A stretch of DNA of 55,638 nucleotides from Halorussus marinus (GCF_004765795.1 NZ_SBIV01000004.1:310001-365638), one strand, 5' to 3'; shown: positions 1 to 10,406, counted from the stretch's first letter. Made by a program: numbers and translations. Notes: a model not told the origin generated them from the letters alone.

Positions 1-822
1 CTCACGGTCCTGCTCATCGTCGTCGGGGCCGAACTGATCGGCACCCAGACGTTCGCCGTCGGGCCCGGACAGGTCGTCCTGTTGCCGATGCTGTTCGCCG
101 TCGTCGTCGGCGTCCTCGTCAGCTACAGCGTCCTCGGTCAGTACGTCGCGCCGCTCCGGAAGATCGTCACCGAGGAGGTGAGCCGGATCAGTAGCCCGAT
201 GCTCGTGATCGCGCTCATGCCGCTGGGCGTGAAGTACGGCATGATGGTCGGCCCCTCGTTCAGCGAACTGGTTCAGGCCGGTCCGGCGTTCGTCCTCCAG
301 GAGTTCGGGAATCTCGGGACGATACTCATCGCGCTCCCGTTCGCGCTCGTGCTCGGCCTGAAGCGGGAGGCCATCGGCGGGGCGGTCAGCATCGCCCGCG
401 AGCCGACCCTCGGCGTCATCACCGACAAGTACGGCATCGAGTCCCCGGAGGGCCGGGGCGTCCTCGGGACGTACCTGACCGGGACGGTACTCGGCACCGT
501 CTTTTTCGGCCTGCTCGGGGGCTTTGCGCCCGCGACCGGACTCCACCCGCTCGCGCTCTCGATGGCCTGCGGGATGGGTAGTGCGAGCATGATGACCGCG
601 TGTTCGTCGTCGCTGGCCGAGGCCGTCTCGGCCGTCCCCGAGGACCAACTGCTGTCGTTCGCCGCCACGAGCAACCTCCTCACCGGCGTCACCGGTCTGT
701 ACATGGTGCTTTTCATCGGCCTGCCGGTCATCACGCGGCTGTACGGCGTCCTCGAACCAGTCATCGGTCGAGGCGACCCGGAGCCGGACGCCGACGCCGT
801 CCGAGACGCGGGGGGTGACTGA
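1..822 (+). CDS. DUF3100-family membrane protein (5' end outside window)
   Basis: Frame is open from base 1 (LTVLLIVVGAELIG...LLPMLFA). Multi-TM protein with QEFGNLGT, REAIG, REP, SPEGRGV and MACGMGSASM motifs typical of DUF3100. Confidence 0.8.
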   Translation, partial: LTVLLIVVGAELIGTQTFAVGPGQVVLLPMLFAVVVGVLVSYSVLGQYVAPLRKIVTEEVSRISSPMLVIALMPLGVKYGMMVGPSFSELVQAGPAFVLQEFGNLGTILIALPFALVLGLKREAIGGAVSIAREPTLGVITDKYGIESPEGRGVLGTYLTGTVLGTVFFGLLGGFAPATGLHPLALSMACGMGSASMMTACSSSLAEAVSAVPEDQLLSFAATSNLLTGVTGLYMVLFIGLPVITRLYGVLEPVIGRGDPEPDADAVRDAGGD

Positions 823-824
823 GC

Positions 825-1307
825 GTGTCGAACGCCTCCCGATCCGCGATGGAACTGCCCGAATTCAGCGTCGAGTCGCTCAAGATGCTTCTCGTCGTCG
901 GCGCGCTCACGCTGACCGCGAACTGGGTCGGCTACGGCATCAGCCCGCTCGACGCCGCCCCGGGCATCGGGCTCGTCGTCGCGATCGGATTCGTCTCGCT
1001 CGTGCTCGGACGCGTGCTCCCGCTCGACCTCCCGTCGTTCGCCTACGCGATGGTGATCGCGTTCCTGCTCGCGATCCCGTTCTCGCCGGTCCAAGGACAG
1101 GTGCTCGCGATGACCGAGCAGATCGACTTCCTGGCGACCACGACGCCGATCCTCGCGTACGCCGGTCTCTCGATCGGGCTCCAGACCACTCGGATGAAGG
1201 AAGTCAGCTGGAAGCTCGTGTTGGTCGCCGTGCTGGTCTTCTTCGGCACCTACTTCGGCTCGGCGCTCATCTCCCACCTCGTTCTGGCGGCCCAGGGGAT
1301 CATCTGA
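825..1307 (+). CDS. small multi-TM partner protein of DUF3100
   Basis: About 5 TM segments with the TTPILAYAG and FFGTYFGSA motifs seen in genes that follow DUF3100. Starts 2 nt after the upstream stop. Confidence 0.75.
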   Translation: MSNASRSAMELPEFSVESLKMLLVVGALTLTANWVGYGISPLDAAPGIGLVVAIGFVSLVLGRVLPLDLPSFAYAMVIAFLLAIPFSPVQGQVLAMTEQIDFLATTTPILAYAGLSIGLQTTRMKEVSWKLVLVAVLVFFGTYFGSALISHLVLAAQGII

Positions 1308-1344
1308 CCGACTCGTCCCCCGTCGGGCAGTCGTCCGGAACCGG

Positions 1345-2403
1345 CTACTCGGGCGGCGTCACGCCGTGACCCGGCCCCGAGATGCGGTGGGTCGGGCCGC
1401 CGCCGTCGTCGTCGATGACGTCCTCGGCGAGCAGTCGGTTCCCGTCGAGGTCGACGTACGAGAAGGCGCCGGTGCCGGCGACGAGGTGGGCGCTCGCGTG
1501 GATGCCGACCGCGCTCTCGAGCATACAGCCGACCATCAGTTCGAGGTCGGCCCCCCGCGCGATCGCGGCGATGTCGGCGACCGCCAGCGGCCCGGACTTC
1601 CCGAGTTTGGCGTTGATCACGTCGGCGGCCTCCTCGCGCACGATCCGGACGGCATCGGCGGGCGTGAACACCGCCTCGTCGGCCGCGACCGGCACGTCGA
1701 CGAGGTCGCGCGCGGTCGCGAGCCCGGCGACGTCGGCGGCCGGTACGGGCTGTTCGATCAGGTCGAGGCCGACGCCGCGCTCGCCGACCGCGTCGGCGAA
1801 CCGGGCGGTCTCCTTGGGCGTCCAGCCCTGATTGGCGTCGACCTTGAGGGCGGCGTCGGGCGCCGCCTCGGCCACCGCCGCGACGCGCTCGACGTCGGCC
1901 GACACCTCTGTGCCGGTCTTGATCTTGAGGTGGCGATAGCCCGTCTCGACCGCCCGGCTCGCCCGCTCGGCCGCGGTCCCGGGGTCGACGATCGGGATCG
2001 TCACGTCGGTCTCGACCGGCTCTGGGGGCCCGCCGAACAGCTCCGAGAGCGCGAGCGAGCGCTCCCGACAGTAGGCGTCGAGGATCGCGGTCTCGACCGC
2101 GAACAGCGCCGACGCCATCCCGGGAAACGCCGAGCGCACCTCGCCGACCAGCCCGCGGTAGTCGGCGACCTCCCGGCCCTCGATCACCTCGGCGGCCGCC
2201 CGGGCGGTTTCGAGCGCGGCCGCCCGGGTCTCGCCCGTCACCGGCGGGATCGGCGATCCCTCGCCGTAGCCGGTCGCGCCCGACTCGGTCTCGACGGTCA
2301 CGAGGAGGTTCGACGCCTCGCGTTGGGTGCCAAGCGCGATCTCGAACGGCTCTTCGAGCGGGAGGTCGAGCGGTCGGACCGACACCGATTCGATCTCGCT
2401 CAC
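1345..2403 (-). CDS. dipeptide epimerase / N-acetyl-D-Glu racemase (DgcA-like), enolase superfamily
   Basis: GTG start at 2403 overlaps the upstream TGA (GTGA). Contains KIK, DAN, EQP, ADE, KLGKSG, GCMLES and DLD motifs. Confidence 0.85.
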   Translation of the reverse strand: MSEIESVSVRPLDLPLEEPFEIALGTQREASNLLVTVETESGATGYGEGSPIPPVTGETRAAALETARAAAEVIEGREVADYRGLVGEVRSAFPGMASALFAVETAILDAYCRERSLALSELFGGPPEPVETDVTIPIVDPGTAAERASRAVETGYRHLKIKTGTEVSADVERVAAVAEAAPDAALKVDANQGWTPKETARFADAVGERGVGLDLIEQPVPAADVAGLATARDLVDVPVAADEAVFTPADAVRIVREEAADVINAKLGKSGPLAVADIAAIARGADLELMVGCMLESAVGIHASAHLVAGTGAFSYVDLDGNRLLAEDVIDDDGGGPTHRISGPGHGVTPPE

Positions 2404-3488
2404 CGCCCGGTCACCCCCGATTCGTCCGCGGCCGGGGCGTCGGCGTCGAGGCGCTCGCGGACAGCCGCGAGGAGCTCCTCGGGGCCGCCGTCGTCGTAGA
2501 CGTTCGCCGCGGGGAGCCCGAGGCGCTCGCGCTCGGTCGCCGCGTCGCCCCACGTCGAGACGCCGGCCACCGCGGCGTCCGAGAGGTCCTCGATCAGCCG
2601 GCGCTCGTGGTCGACGCCGTCGATCCGGAACGACTCGAAGTGGGTCCGGTCGGTCCGGTCGGGGTCGTCGGCGAGCACGACCGCGTCGGGCCACGCGCCG
2701 TGGAGGATCGAGAGGGTCACCCCCGAGTAGGCGCGGTGGGTCAGCGACGCCTGCCCCTCGACGAACACCAGATCGTGGTCGGCGCCCACCGCTTTCACCA
2801 TGTCCTCGACGACGCCGGCGGTGAAGTCGGCCGGGACGCGGTCGATCACCGCGCCCTCGTGGGCGCCCACCATGATGCCGGTCTGGCCGGTCGCGACCCA
2901 CCCGGCGTCGAGGCCCGCCTCGCGGGCCGCCCGGTAGAGTTCGAAGGTGGTCGTCCGCTTGCCGACCGCGCAGTCGGTCCCGAGAGTCAGCACCACGTCG
3001 GCCTCGACCGCGTCGACCGATCCGTCGCCGACCCGGAGGTCGGCCTCGCCCGGCGGCTTTCGCACGTCGAACAGCCGCGCGCCGTGCTCGTCGGCGAGCG
3101 CGCGCCAGCGCTCGCGCTCGGAGAGAAAGACGTGGAGCCCGGAGACCACGTCACACCCCGCCCGGATCGCGTCCTCGATGTCCGACACCCACGCGTCGGG
3201 GAGGTCCCCGCCAGCGGGCGCGACGCCGATGACGAGCGCCTCGGCCTCGGGGGCCGCTTCGAGCGCGTCCGCGACCGTCTCGACGATCGGGACGTCCGGC
3301 GCGTCGGAGTTCGAGAGCACGTCGGTCGGCGACTCCCCGGCGGTGTCGGCGTCGACGACCGCCCGCGCGTCGAACACGTCGCTGTGGAGCACGACCCCGT
3401 TCGCGGTCTTCCCGCCCGTCTTCCCGAACTCCCCCTCGGCGAGGACGATCGCGGGCGCCGGCACGTCGAACTGGTCTCGGAGATTCAT
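2400..3488 (-). CDS. DUF1611 P-loop protein (DgcN-like D-glutamate N-acetyltransferase)
   Basis: GKTANG, SGLH, GTDCAVGKRTT, TGQTG and VEGQASL motifs. Coupled to the epimerase gene. Confidence 0.85.
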   Translation of the reverse strand: MNLRDQFDVPAPAIVLAEGEFGKTGGKTANGVVLHSDVFDARAVVDADTAGESPTDVLSNSDAPDVPIVETVADALEAAPEAEALVIGVAPAGGDLPDAWVSDIEDAIRAGCDVVSGLHVFLSERERWRALADEHGARLFDVRKPPGEADLRVGDGSVDAVEADVVLTLGTDCAVGKRTTTFELYRAAREAGLDAGWVATGQTGIMVGAHEGAVIDRVPADFTAGVVEDMVKAVGADHDLVFVEGQASLTHRAYSGVTLSILHGAWPDAVVLADDPDRTDRTHFESFRIDGVDHERRLIEDLSDAAVAGVSTWGDAATERERLGLPAANVYDDGGPEELLAAVRERLDADAPAADESGVTGR

Positions 3489-3574
3489 CGTGTCCGAGCA
3501 TCGGTGGTCGGCCCCCTAAACGTCTCACCCTTTCATAGAAGGGTCCGACCGAGCGAGACCGGCTCGCCCGGCGC

Positions 3575-4807
3575 TCAGTCGTCCGACCGGGCCGTGCCGG
3601 CGGCCACCTCGCCGGTTCCCAGCACGCTCGATCCCCAGTCGGGGTTCCGGATGCGGAGCACCCCGACGGTGAGCAGGGGGACCGCGAACAGCGCGATGAA
3701 GAGGTACGCCATCGTGGTGTACCCCTGTGCGACCAGCGCGACGATGCCGACCCGCGACAGCACCAGCGCCCCGACGAGGACGGCGACCGCCAGCCCGCCG
3801 CGCTGGAGCTTCGAGAGCCCGGTCTGGCCGTCGAGCGGGCCGACGGCCACGTCCGCGATGTTCTCGTCGAGGCGATCGACCAGCGCGTGGATGAGCCCGA
3901 CGCTGGTCTCGATCAGCGTCCACCCCATCACGACCCCGTAGAACGCGATCAGGCCGGGGCCGCCGACGCGTTCGAGCACCGGTAGCCACGGGACGGCGGC
4001 GCCCATCACGCCCTCCGCGGGGTAAAAGCCCATGAACGAGACGTACGTCAGCGCGAACGGGATCGTCATCAGCGCGCCCGCGAGCACCCCGGAGACGACC
4101 GACTCCCGCCGGCTCGTCTGACGGTCGAGCGCGAAGAACACCGCCGGGAAGACCACGAGGTTGTAACCCACGTAGAGGATCCCCGACTGCAGGACCGACA
4201 GCGCGTCGGCCTCGCCGACGTAGGAGGTGTCGCCCGCCGCGAACACCGCGGTGACGTCGCCCCACGTCTGGGACAGCACCAGCGCGCCGAACACGAGGTA
4301 GGCCAGATAGAGGAACGCCGTCCCGCCGGTCTTGAACCGCTCGATGAGCGACTCGCCGGCGTAGCTGAGCACCCCGACCACCGCGACGACCGCGCTGACC
4401 CCCGCGAGGTAGGGGACGCCGATCGTCTGCTCCATGATGTTGCCCGCCGCCGACGCCATGATCGCGATCACCAGCACCGCCATCACGACGAACAGCAGGT
4501 CGAACGCCGGCCACAACCGACCGATGAGCTGTCTGATAAAGCGCTTGTAGTCGTACGCGCCGAAGGTCCTCGCGACCTCGAAGGTGAGCACGGCCATCAC
4601 CGTGAACCCGATCCAGATGCCGACCACGGCGAGCCAGCCCGCCGCGCCGTACTTCGCGCCGTAGGTCACGATCTCCCGGCCGGTGGCGTACCCGCCGCCG
4701 ATGAGCACCGACTGGAGGATTATCGCCGGGAGGACGATCGTCCCGAACGGGCCGCTTGCGAGTCGCTCGAACAGTCCCGCGTCGTCCCCACTGGTACCAG
4801 TTGACAT
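3575..4807 (-). CDS. YkvI-like membrane protein, putative amino-acid permease
   Basis: About 10 TM segments with the IGGGYATGRE signature. ATG at 4807. Confidence 0.75.
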   Translation of the reverse strand: MSTGTSGDDAGLFERLASGPFGTIVLPAIILQSVLIGGGYATGREIVTYGAKYGAAGWLAVVGIWIGFTVMAVLTFEVARTFGAYDYKRFIRQLIGRLWPAFDLLFVVMAVLVIAIMASAAGNIMEQTIGVPYLAGVSAVVAVVGVLSYAGESLIERFKTGGTAFLYLAYLVFGALVLSQTWGDVTAVFAAGDTSYVGEADALSVLQSGILYVGYNLVVFPAVFFALDRQTSRRESVVSGVLAGALMTIPFALTYVSFMGFYPAEGVMGAAVPWLPVLERVGGPGLIAFYGVVMGWTLIETSVGLIHALVDRLDENIADVAVGPLDGQTGLSKLQRGGLAVAVLVGALVLSRVGIVALVAQGYTTMAYLFIALFAVPLLTVGVLRIRNPDWGSSVLGTGEVAAGTARSDD

Positions 4808-4868
4808 ATTACACGAGAGAACTACCAACGGAGCCGCATATAGATGCGACCTACCATAGAAGGGCCGG

Positions 4869-5597
4869 TCACTCCGGGTCGAGTAGTTTCGCCTCGGCCT
4901 TCCGGAGGTGTTCGAGCACCGTGGGCTTGGTCACGTCGAGTTCGGCCGCGAGGTCGGTCGCCGACGTCTCTCGGGGCCACTCGTAGTAGCCCCGACGCCG
5001 GGCGAGTTCGAATATCTCGCGCTGGCGCTCGGAGAGTCGGTCGCCCGCCGCCGCGGCGGTCGGCTCGGCGTCGGGCGATTTCATCCCCTGAACGGTGATC
5101 TCGGCGTCCATCTCGCGGCGGATCTCGTCGAGGCGGGTCTCGATCGTCGACCGCGAGGCGGTGACGATGACGGTCCAGTACTCGTAGCCGTCACGAATCC
5201 GGATCTCCTCGTCGGGGAGGAACCCCCGCGAGAGGAACGCGTCGTGGATGCTGTTTTCGGGCTCGTAGCGCACCAGAAGCTCCTCGGTCACGTTGCCGGC
5301 CGCCTCGGTGCGGAGGCTCGGATTGAAGTAGGTCTGTACCCGCTCGACCCGGTGGGTCAGCGCCGACTCGTCGATCGCGGCGACGAGCGCGTCGATCCGG
5401 GCGTTGCGATCGGCGTGGGCCGTCATCCGGGCGTTGACCAGCCCGTCGAACTCGTGGACGCTGTGGGCGATCAGCCCCGCGTCGACCGCCGCCGTCGTCC
5501 GGAGGGTCCAGCAGTTCGGGTGCCAGATCTTCAGGGTGAACTGCGTGGGCTGTCGGCTCTCCCCTGTGCGGGGGCCCTCTCCGGTAACCTCTCCCAT
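4869..5597 (-). CDS. bacterio-opsin-activator-type (HTH_10) transcriptional regulator
   Basis: C-terminal LSERQRE...GYYEWPRE...LAAELDVTKPTVLEHLRKAEAKL, and N-terminal WHPNCW sensor-type domain. Confidence 0.9.
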   Translation of the reverse strand: MGEVTGEGPRTGESRQPTQFTLKIWHPNCWTLRTTAAVDAGLIAHSVHEFDGLVNARMTAHADRNARIDALVAAIDESALTHRVERVQTYFNPSLRTEAAGNVTEELLVRYEPENSIHDAFLSRGFLPDEEIRIRDGYEYWTVIVTASRSTIETRLDEIRREMDAEITVQGMKSPDAEPTAAAAGDRLSERQREIFELARRRGYYEWPRETSATDLAAELDVTKPTVLEHLRKAEAKLLDPE

Positions 5598-5821
5598 AGC
5601 GTTGACCAGCGCGAGCCCACAATTAAGCGTTGCGCCGGACGACCGACGCCGACGCGGCCGCGTCGAGTTCCTTTCACCGTCCGGGACGGAGTATCACGCG
5701 AGCCCGGGGATAAGTCTTAGACCGCCGCCGGTAATACTCCCCGCGAGGTCCCGAAAGTGAAACGTCGGCTCCGCCGTCGATTTACCCGTAGTTTTAACAG
5801 GAGATGTGTGGAGTGGTACCT

Positions 5822-7423
5822 ATGCACGAAATGGGAGAGTACGACCGTCGTGCATGTCTCAGAGCAATCGGCGCTGCTGGGGCAGTCGGGGTGACGGGAA
5901 TCGCCGGGGTGTCGGGGAACGGTGGGGCGACAAACGACGCGGCAAGGGCGACTCAGGACGGGAGCCAGCTCTCGTACGCGCTCCAGGAGTCGATCGTGGC
6001 GATGGACTTCGCGCTCGCGTACGACTTTACGACCAACAAGGTGACCAACAACGTCTGGGACACGCTGGTCACCTACACCTACGACGACCCGCCGGAGCTC
6101 ACGAACTGGCTGGCGTCGAACGTCGAGACCGAGGGCGACACCTCCTACGTGTACGAACTCCGGGACGCGACGTTCCACAACGGCGAGCCGGTCACGGCGG
6201 GCGACGTGAAGGCGAGCTTCGAGCGGATACGGAACCCGGACGTCGCCTCGCCGCTCTCATGGGCGCTCGAGAACGTCCAGGAGGGCGACGACGGCATCGA
6301 GGTCGTCGACGAGCGGACCGTCCGATTCAACCTCGCCGAGCAGTCTGCGGTCTGGCGGTACATGCCCGGGTTCGTGGGGATCGGGCCGGCCTCGGCGATG
6401 GACGAACACGGCGTCGACTTCGGGCGGAACCCGGGGACGACCGTCGGTAGCGGGCCGTTCGCGGTCGAGTCGTGGAGCCAGGGCAACCAGATCGAGCTCG
6501 TCCGCCACGACGACTACTGGAACGACGACCTCCCGATGGCCGACGGGATCACGTTCAGCATCGTGCCCGAGGGCTCCTCACGGGTGACCGGTCTCAGCAC
6601 GGGCGAACACGACGTCGTGGGGAACCTGCCGCCCCAGCAGTGGCAGCAGGTGTCGAACATGGGCAACGCCCGCATCGACCGGGGGACGACGTTCCTCGAG
6701 TACAAGCTCTCGATGCAGAACCAGCGCGAGCCCTGGCAGTCGGACAAACAGCTCCGACAGGCGCTCGCGTACGCCACCAACTGGGACCAGATAATCGAGA
6801 ACGTCTACTTCGGGACGGCGGTCCGCCAGCAGGGGCCGCTCCCCCAGAACATGCGGTGGCACAACGACGAGCTCGACCTGTACGGCCACGACCCCGAGCG
6901 GGCCCAGGAGCTCTACGACCAGAGCGGCGGGATCGACCGGCCGATCGAGTTCATCGCCACGCAGGGCACGCAGGCCCGAGTCGCGGTCATCGTCCAAGAG
7001 CAGTGGCGCGACGCGCTCGGGGTGGAGGTCAACGTCAACCAGATGCCCTACGAGCAGCTGCTCCCGCGCATCGAGAACGGGGAGTACGACATCCAGTACG
7101 ACGGGTGGGGCTCGGACTACCCGGATCCGGACGGACAGCTGTACTCGCAGTACAACTCCGAGTTCTGGCCGCCGAACAACAACGAGTCGTGGTACGAGAA
7201 CGGCGAGGTCGACGACCTGCTCGAACAGGCCCGGACCACGACCGACGAGGCCGAACGCGAGGAGCTGTACAAGCGGATTCAGGAGATCGTCCACGACGAC
7301 GTGCCGGCCATCTGGGGCGTGCTCGTCGAGCAGGGGTTCGGGGTCAACGAGTCGCTGTCGTTCCCCGAGGTGACGCCGATGTGGTACTGGCAGGACGTCG
7401 GCGCTCGGGTCGGTCCCCAGTAA
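5822..7423 (+). CDS. dppA: ABC dipeptide/oligopeptide substrate-binding protein (family 5), Tat-exported
   Basis: RRxxL twin-arginine signal, TFHNGEPVTAGDV, GSGPF, LRQALAYA and WGSDYPDP motifs. Start may be 5822 or 5831. Confidence 0.9.
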   Translation: MHEMGEYDRRACLRAIGAAGAVGVTGIAGVSGNGGATNDAARATQDGSQLSYALQESIVAMDFALAYDFTTNKVTNNVWDTLVTYTYDDPPELTNWLASNVETEGDTSYVYELRDATFHNGEPVTAGDVKASFERIRNPDVASPLSWALENVQEGDDGIEVVDERTVRFNLAEQSAVWRYMPGFVGIGPASAMDEHGVDFGRNPGTTVGSGPFAVESWSQGNQIELVRHDDYWNDDLPMADGITFSIVPEGSSRVTGLSTGEHDVVGNLPPQQWQQVSNMGNARIDRGTTFLEYKLSMQNQREPWQSDKQLRQALAYATNWDQIIENVYFGTAVRQQGPLPQNMRWHNDELDLYGHDPERAQELYDQSGGIDRPIEFIATQGTQARVAVIVQEQWRDALGVEVNVNQMPYEQLLPRIENGEYDIQYDGWGSDYPDPDGQLYSQYNSEFWPPNNNESWYENGEVDDLLEQARTTTDEAEREELYKRIQEIVHDDVPAIWGVLVEQGFGVNESLSFPEVTPMWYWQDVGARVGPQ

Positions 7424-7444
7424 CCGCTCTCGGTTCGCTTCAGC

Positions 7445-8395
7445 ATGGGTCTGGCACGCTACGTCCTGCGACGGCTCCTGTTGCTCGTTCCGGTCGTCAT
7501 CGGCGCGACCTTGCTCATCTTCCTGATGCTCCACCTCGCGCCGGGCGACCCCGCGAGACTCATCCTCGGACAGCGCCGGGCGTCCGAGGAGACGATCCGC
7601 AACATCCGCCAGATCTTCCACCTCAACGAGCCGCTATGGAAGCAGTACCTGCTGTGGCTGTGGGACGCGCTCCACGGCGACCTCGGGCGGTCGTTCACGT
7701 TCCGCCGGCCCGTGACCGAGATGATCGTCGAGCGGTACCCGATCACGCTCCAGCTCGCGCTCTCGGGGTGGCTGATCTCGATGGCCGTCGGCATCCCGGC
7801 CGGTATCGTCAGCGCGGTCAAGCAGTACACGAAGGTCGACTACGTCACCACCATCGTCGCCCTCTCGGGCGTGTCGATGCCGGTCTTCTGGCAGGGGATC
7901 ATGCTGATACTGCTGTTTTCGTACTTTTTGGGGTGGTTCCCGAGCTCGGGGTTCGCGGTCGACGGAACCGTCTTCGATCGGCTCCACCACCTCACGCTGC
8001 CGGCGATCGCGCTCGGGACCAGCATCACCGCGCTCACCGTCCGACTCACCCGATCGGCGATGCTCGACGTCCTCAATCAGGACTACATCAGGACGGCCCG
8101 CTCGAAGGGCGTCAGCGAGCGCGAGATCATCACCGGCCACGCGCTCCAAAACGCCTTCCTGCCGATCCTGACCGTCCTCGGCATGCAGTTGGGACTGCTG
8201 TTGGCGGGCAGCGTGCTGACCGAGACGGTGTTCGGGATCGGCGGCCTCGGGCGCCTGCTGATCCGCGCGGTCCACAAGTTCGACTACCCGACGGTGCAGG
8301 GACTGACGCTGGTGATCGTGACCGTGATGGTGTTCATGAACCTCCTCGTCGACGTCCTCTACACGTTCATCAATCCGAAGATCAGGTACGACTGA
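7445..8395 (+). CDS. dppB: ABC peptide transporter permease
   Basis: PGDPA, GDLGRS, EAA-loop DYIRTARSKG, ETVF and NPKIR motifs. Confidence 0.92.
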   Translation: MGLARYVLRRLLLLVPVVIGATLLIFLMLHLAPGDPARLILGQRRASEETIRNIRQIFHLNEPLWKQYLLWLWDALHGDLGRSFTFRRPVTEMIVERYPITLQLALSGWLISMAVGIPAGIVSAVKQYTKVDYVTTIVALSGVSMPVFWQGIMLILLFSYFLGWFPSSGFAVDGTVFDRLHHLTLPAIALGTSITALTVRLTRSAMLDVLNQDYIRTARSKGVSEREIITGHALQNAFLPILTVLGMQLGLLLAGSVLTETVFGIGGLGRLLIRAVHKFDYPTVQGLTLVIVTVMVFMNLLVDVLYTFINPKIRYD

Positions 8396-8398
8396 GCC

Positions 8399-9316
8399 AT
8401 GGCCCAACAGACACAACCGGTCGAGTCAGCGGACACCGACGACGAATCGGCGCTCGGCGGCGTCCTCTCGGGGCGCCACCGACGGATCCTGTCGAGTCTC
8501 GCGCGCCACCGGGGCGGACTCGTCGGCGCCGCGACGCTGGTCGCGGTCGTCTTCGTCGCGGTCGCGGCGCCCGTGATCGCGCCCTACGACCCGCTCGAAC
8601 AGTTCGTCGGGCCGGCGCTTGCCGGCCCGAGCACCGCCCACCTCCTCGGAACCGACATGTACGGCCGCGACGTGCTCTCGCGGATCGTGTTCGGCGCGCG
8701 CAACACCCTCCTGTTGGCGCTGATCGCGGTCGGCATCTCGTCGGTGCTGGGCACGATCATCGGCGCGGCCGCCGGCTTCTACGGCGGCTGGATCGACGAG
8801 GCGCTGATGCGGGGGATGGACGTCGTGTTCGCGTTCCCGTCGCTGATCCTCGCGATCGTGATGATGGCGACGTTCGGCATCAACATGTACAACGCCGCGT
8901 TCGCGGTCGCGGTCGTGTTCACCCCGCAGTTCGCGCGGGTCATCCGGTCGAACGCGCTGTCGCTCCGCGAGGAGGAGTTCATCAAGGCCGCCCGCACCTC
9001 CGGCGGGACCAGACGCTACATCCTTTTCAAGCACGTCATCCCGAACGGGATCTCGGAGCTGATCGTCCAGACGACGATCAACCTCGCGAGCGCGATCCTC
9101 ATCATGAGCGGGCTCAACTTCCTCGGGCTGGGGATCCAGCCACCGAAGCCGTCGTGGGGGTACATGCTCGCGAACGGTCGGTCGTACCTGTTGCAGGCGC
9201 CGTGGATCTCGACGTTCCCGGGCGTGGCGATCATGATCGTGGTGCTCGCGGCCAACATCTTCGGCGACGGGCTACGGGACGCGCTGGACCCGCGGAACAC
9301 GGAGCGGGTGCGATAG
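8399..9316 (+). CDS. dppC: ABC peptide transporter permease
   Basis: HLLGTDMYGRD, EFIKAAR, HVIPN, PSWG and GDGLRDALDP motifs. Confidence 0.92.
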   Translation: MAQQTQPVESADTDDESALGGVLSGRHRRILSSLARHRGGLVGAATLVAVVFVAVAAPVIAPYDPLEQFVGPALAGPSTAHLLGTDMYGRDVLSRIVFGARNTLLLALIAVGISSVLGTIIGAAAGFYGGWIDEALMRGMDVVFAFPSLILAIVMMATFGINMYNAAFAVAVVFTPQFARVIRSNALSLREEEFIKAARTSGGTRRYILFKHVIPNGISELIVQTTINLASAILIMSGLNFLGLGIQPPKPSWGYMLANGRSYLLQAPWISTFPGVAIMIVVLAANIFGDGLRDALDPRNTERVR

Positions 9317-9317
9317 C

Positions 9318-10406
9318 ATGACCGACGACCCGCCCCTGCTGGACGTCGAGGATCTGACCGTCCACTTCCACACCGAGCAGGGCACGGTCCGGGCCGTCGA
9401 CGGGGTGTCGTTCCGGGTCGGCGAGCGCGAGGCGTTCGGGCTGGTCGGCGAGTCGGGCGCCGGCAAGAGCGTGACCGCGATGTCGATCCTGAAACTGATC
9501 CAGACGCCGCCGGGCGAGATCGTCGACGGGTCGGTCCGGTTCCGGGGCGAGGACGTCCTCTCGATGTCGGGTCCCGAACTCCAGCGCGTGCGGGGCAACG
9601 AGATCGGCATGATCTTCCAGGACCCCGAGCAGTCGCTCAATCCTGTCCACACGGTCGGCCGGCAGGTCGCCGAACCCGTCCGGATCCACCGCGACGTCTC
9701 GGACGAGGAGGCGTGGGACCGGGCGGTCGAGATGCTCGAACTGGTCGGGATTCCCGACCCCGGCGAGCGGGCGACCGAGTACCCCCACCAGTTCTCGGGC
9801 GGGATGCAACAGCGAGCGATGATCGCGATGGCGCTGGCGAACAACCCGTCGCTGCTGATCGCCGACGAGCCCACTACCTCCCTCGACGTGACCATCGAGG
9901 CCACCATCCTCGATCTGATCGACCGCCTTCAGGAGGACCACGACATGTCGGTGGTCCTGATCACCCACGACCTGAGCGTCATCTCGGAGGTGTGCGATCG
10001 CGTCGGGGTGATGTACGCGGGGCGGATGGCCGAGGTCGCTCCGGTCGAGCGCATCTACGACGCGCCCCGCCACCCCTACACGTACGGGCTGGTCAACAGC
10101 ATCCCGAGCGCCCGCGAGAAGACCGACAGCCTCGCGAGCATCGAGGGCCAGATGCCGAGCGGCATCGACCCGCCGTCCGGGTGTCGGTTCCACCCGCGGT
10201 GTCCGGCCGCGATGGCCGACTGCGATCGGCACCACCCGGAGGAAGTCGAGCGAGACGGCGGCCGGGTCGCGTGTCACCTCTATCCCGAGCCCCGGGACGA
10301 ACCGGGGAGCGCGGCCGAGGTCGACCCGGACCCAGAACTGATCGGGCGGCTGACCGGCGGGGACGACCGCGCGGCCGACCGCCGCCGAGGAGGTGCCGGC
10401 GAATGA
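9318..10406 (+). CDS. dppD: ABC peptide transporter ATP-binding subunit
   Basis: Walker A GESGAGKS, FSGGMQQR, ADEPT and C-terminal GCRFHPRC. Confidence 0.93.
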   Translation: MTDDPPLLDVEDLTVHFHTEQGTVRAVDGVSFRVGEREAFGLVGESGAGKSVTAMSILKLIQTPPGEIVDGSVRFRGEDVLSMSGPELQRVRGNEIGMIFQDPEQSLNPVHTVGRQVAEPVRIHRDVSDEEAWDRAVEMLELVGIPDPGERATEYPHQFSGGMQQRAMIAMALANNPSLLIADEPTTSLDVTIEATILDLIDRLQEDHDMSVVLITHDLSVISEVCDRVGVMYAGRMAEVAPVERIYDAPRHPYTYGLVNSIPSAREKTDSLASIEGQMPSGIDPPSGCRFHPRCPAAMADCDRHHPEEVERDGGRVACHLYPEPRDEPGSAAEVDPDPELIGRLTGGDDRAADRRRGGAGE

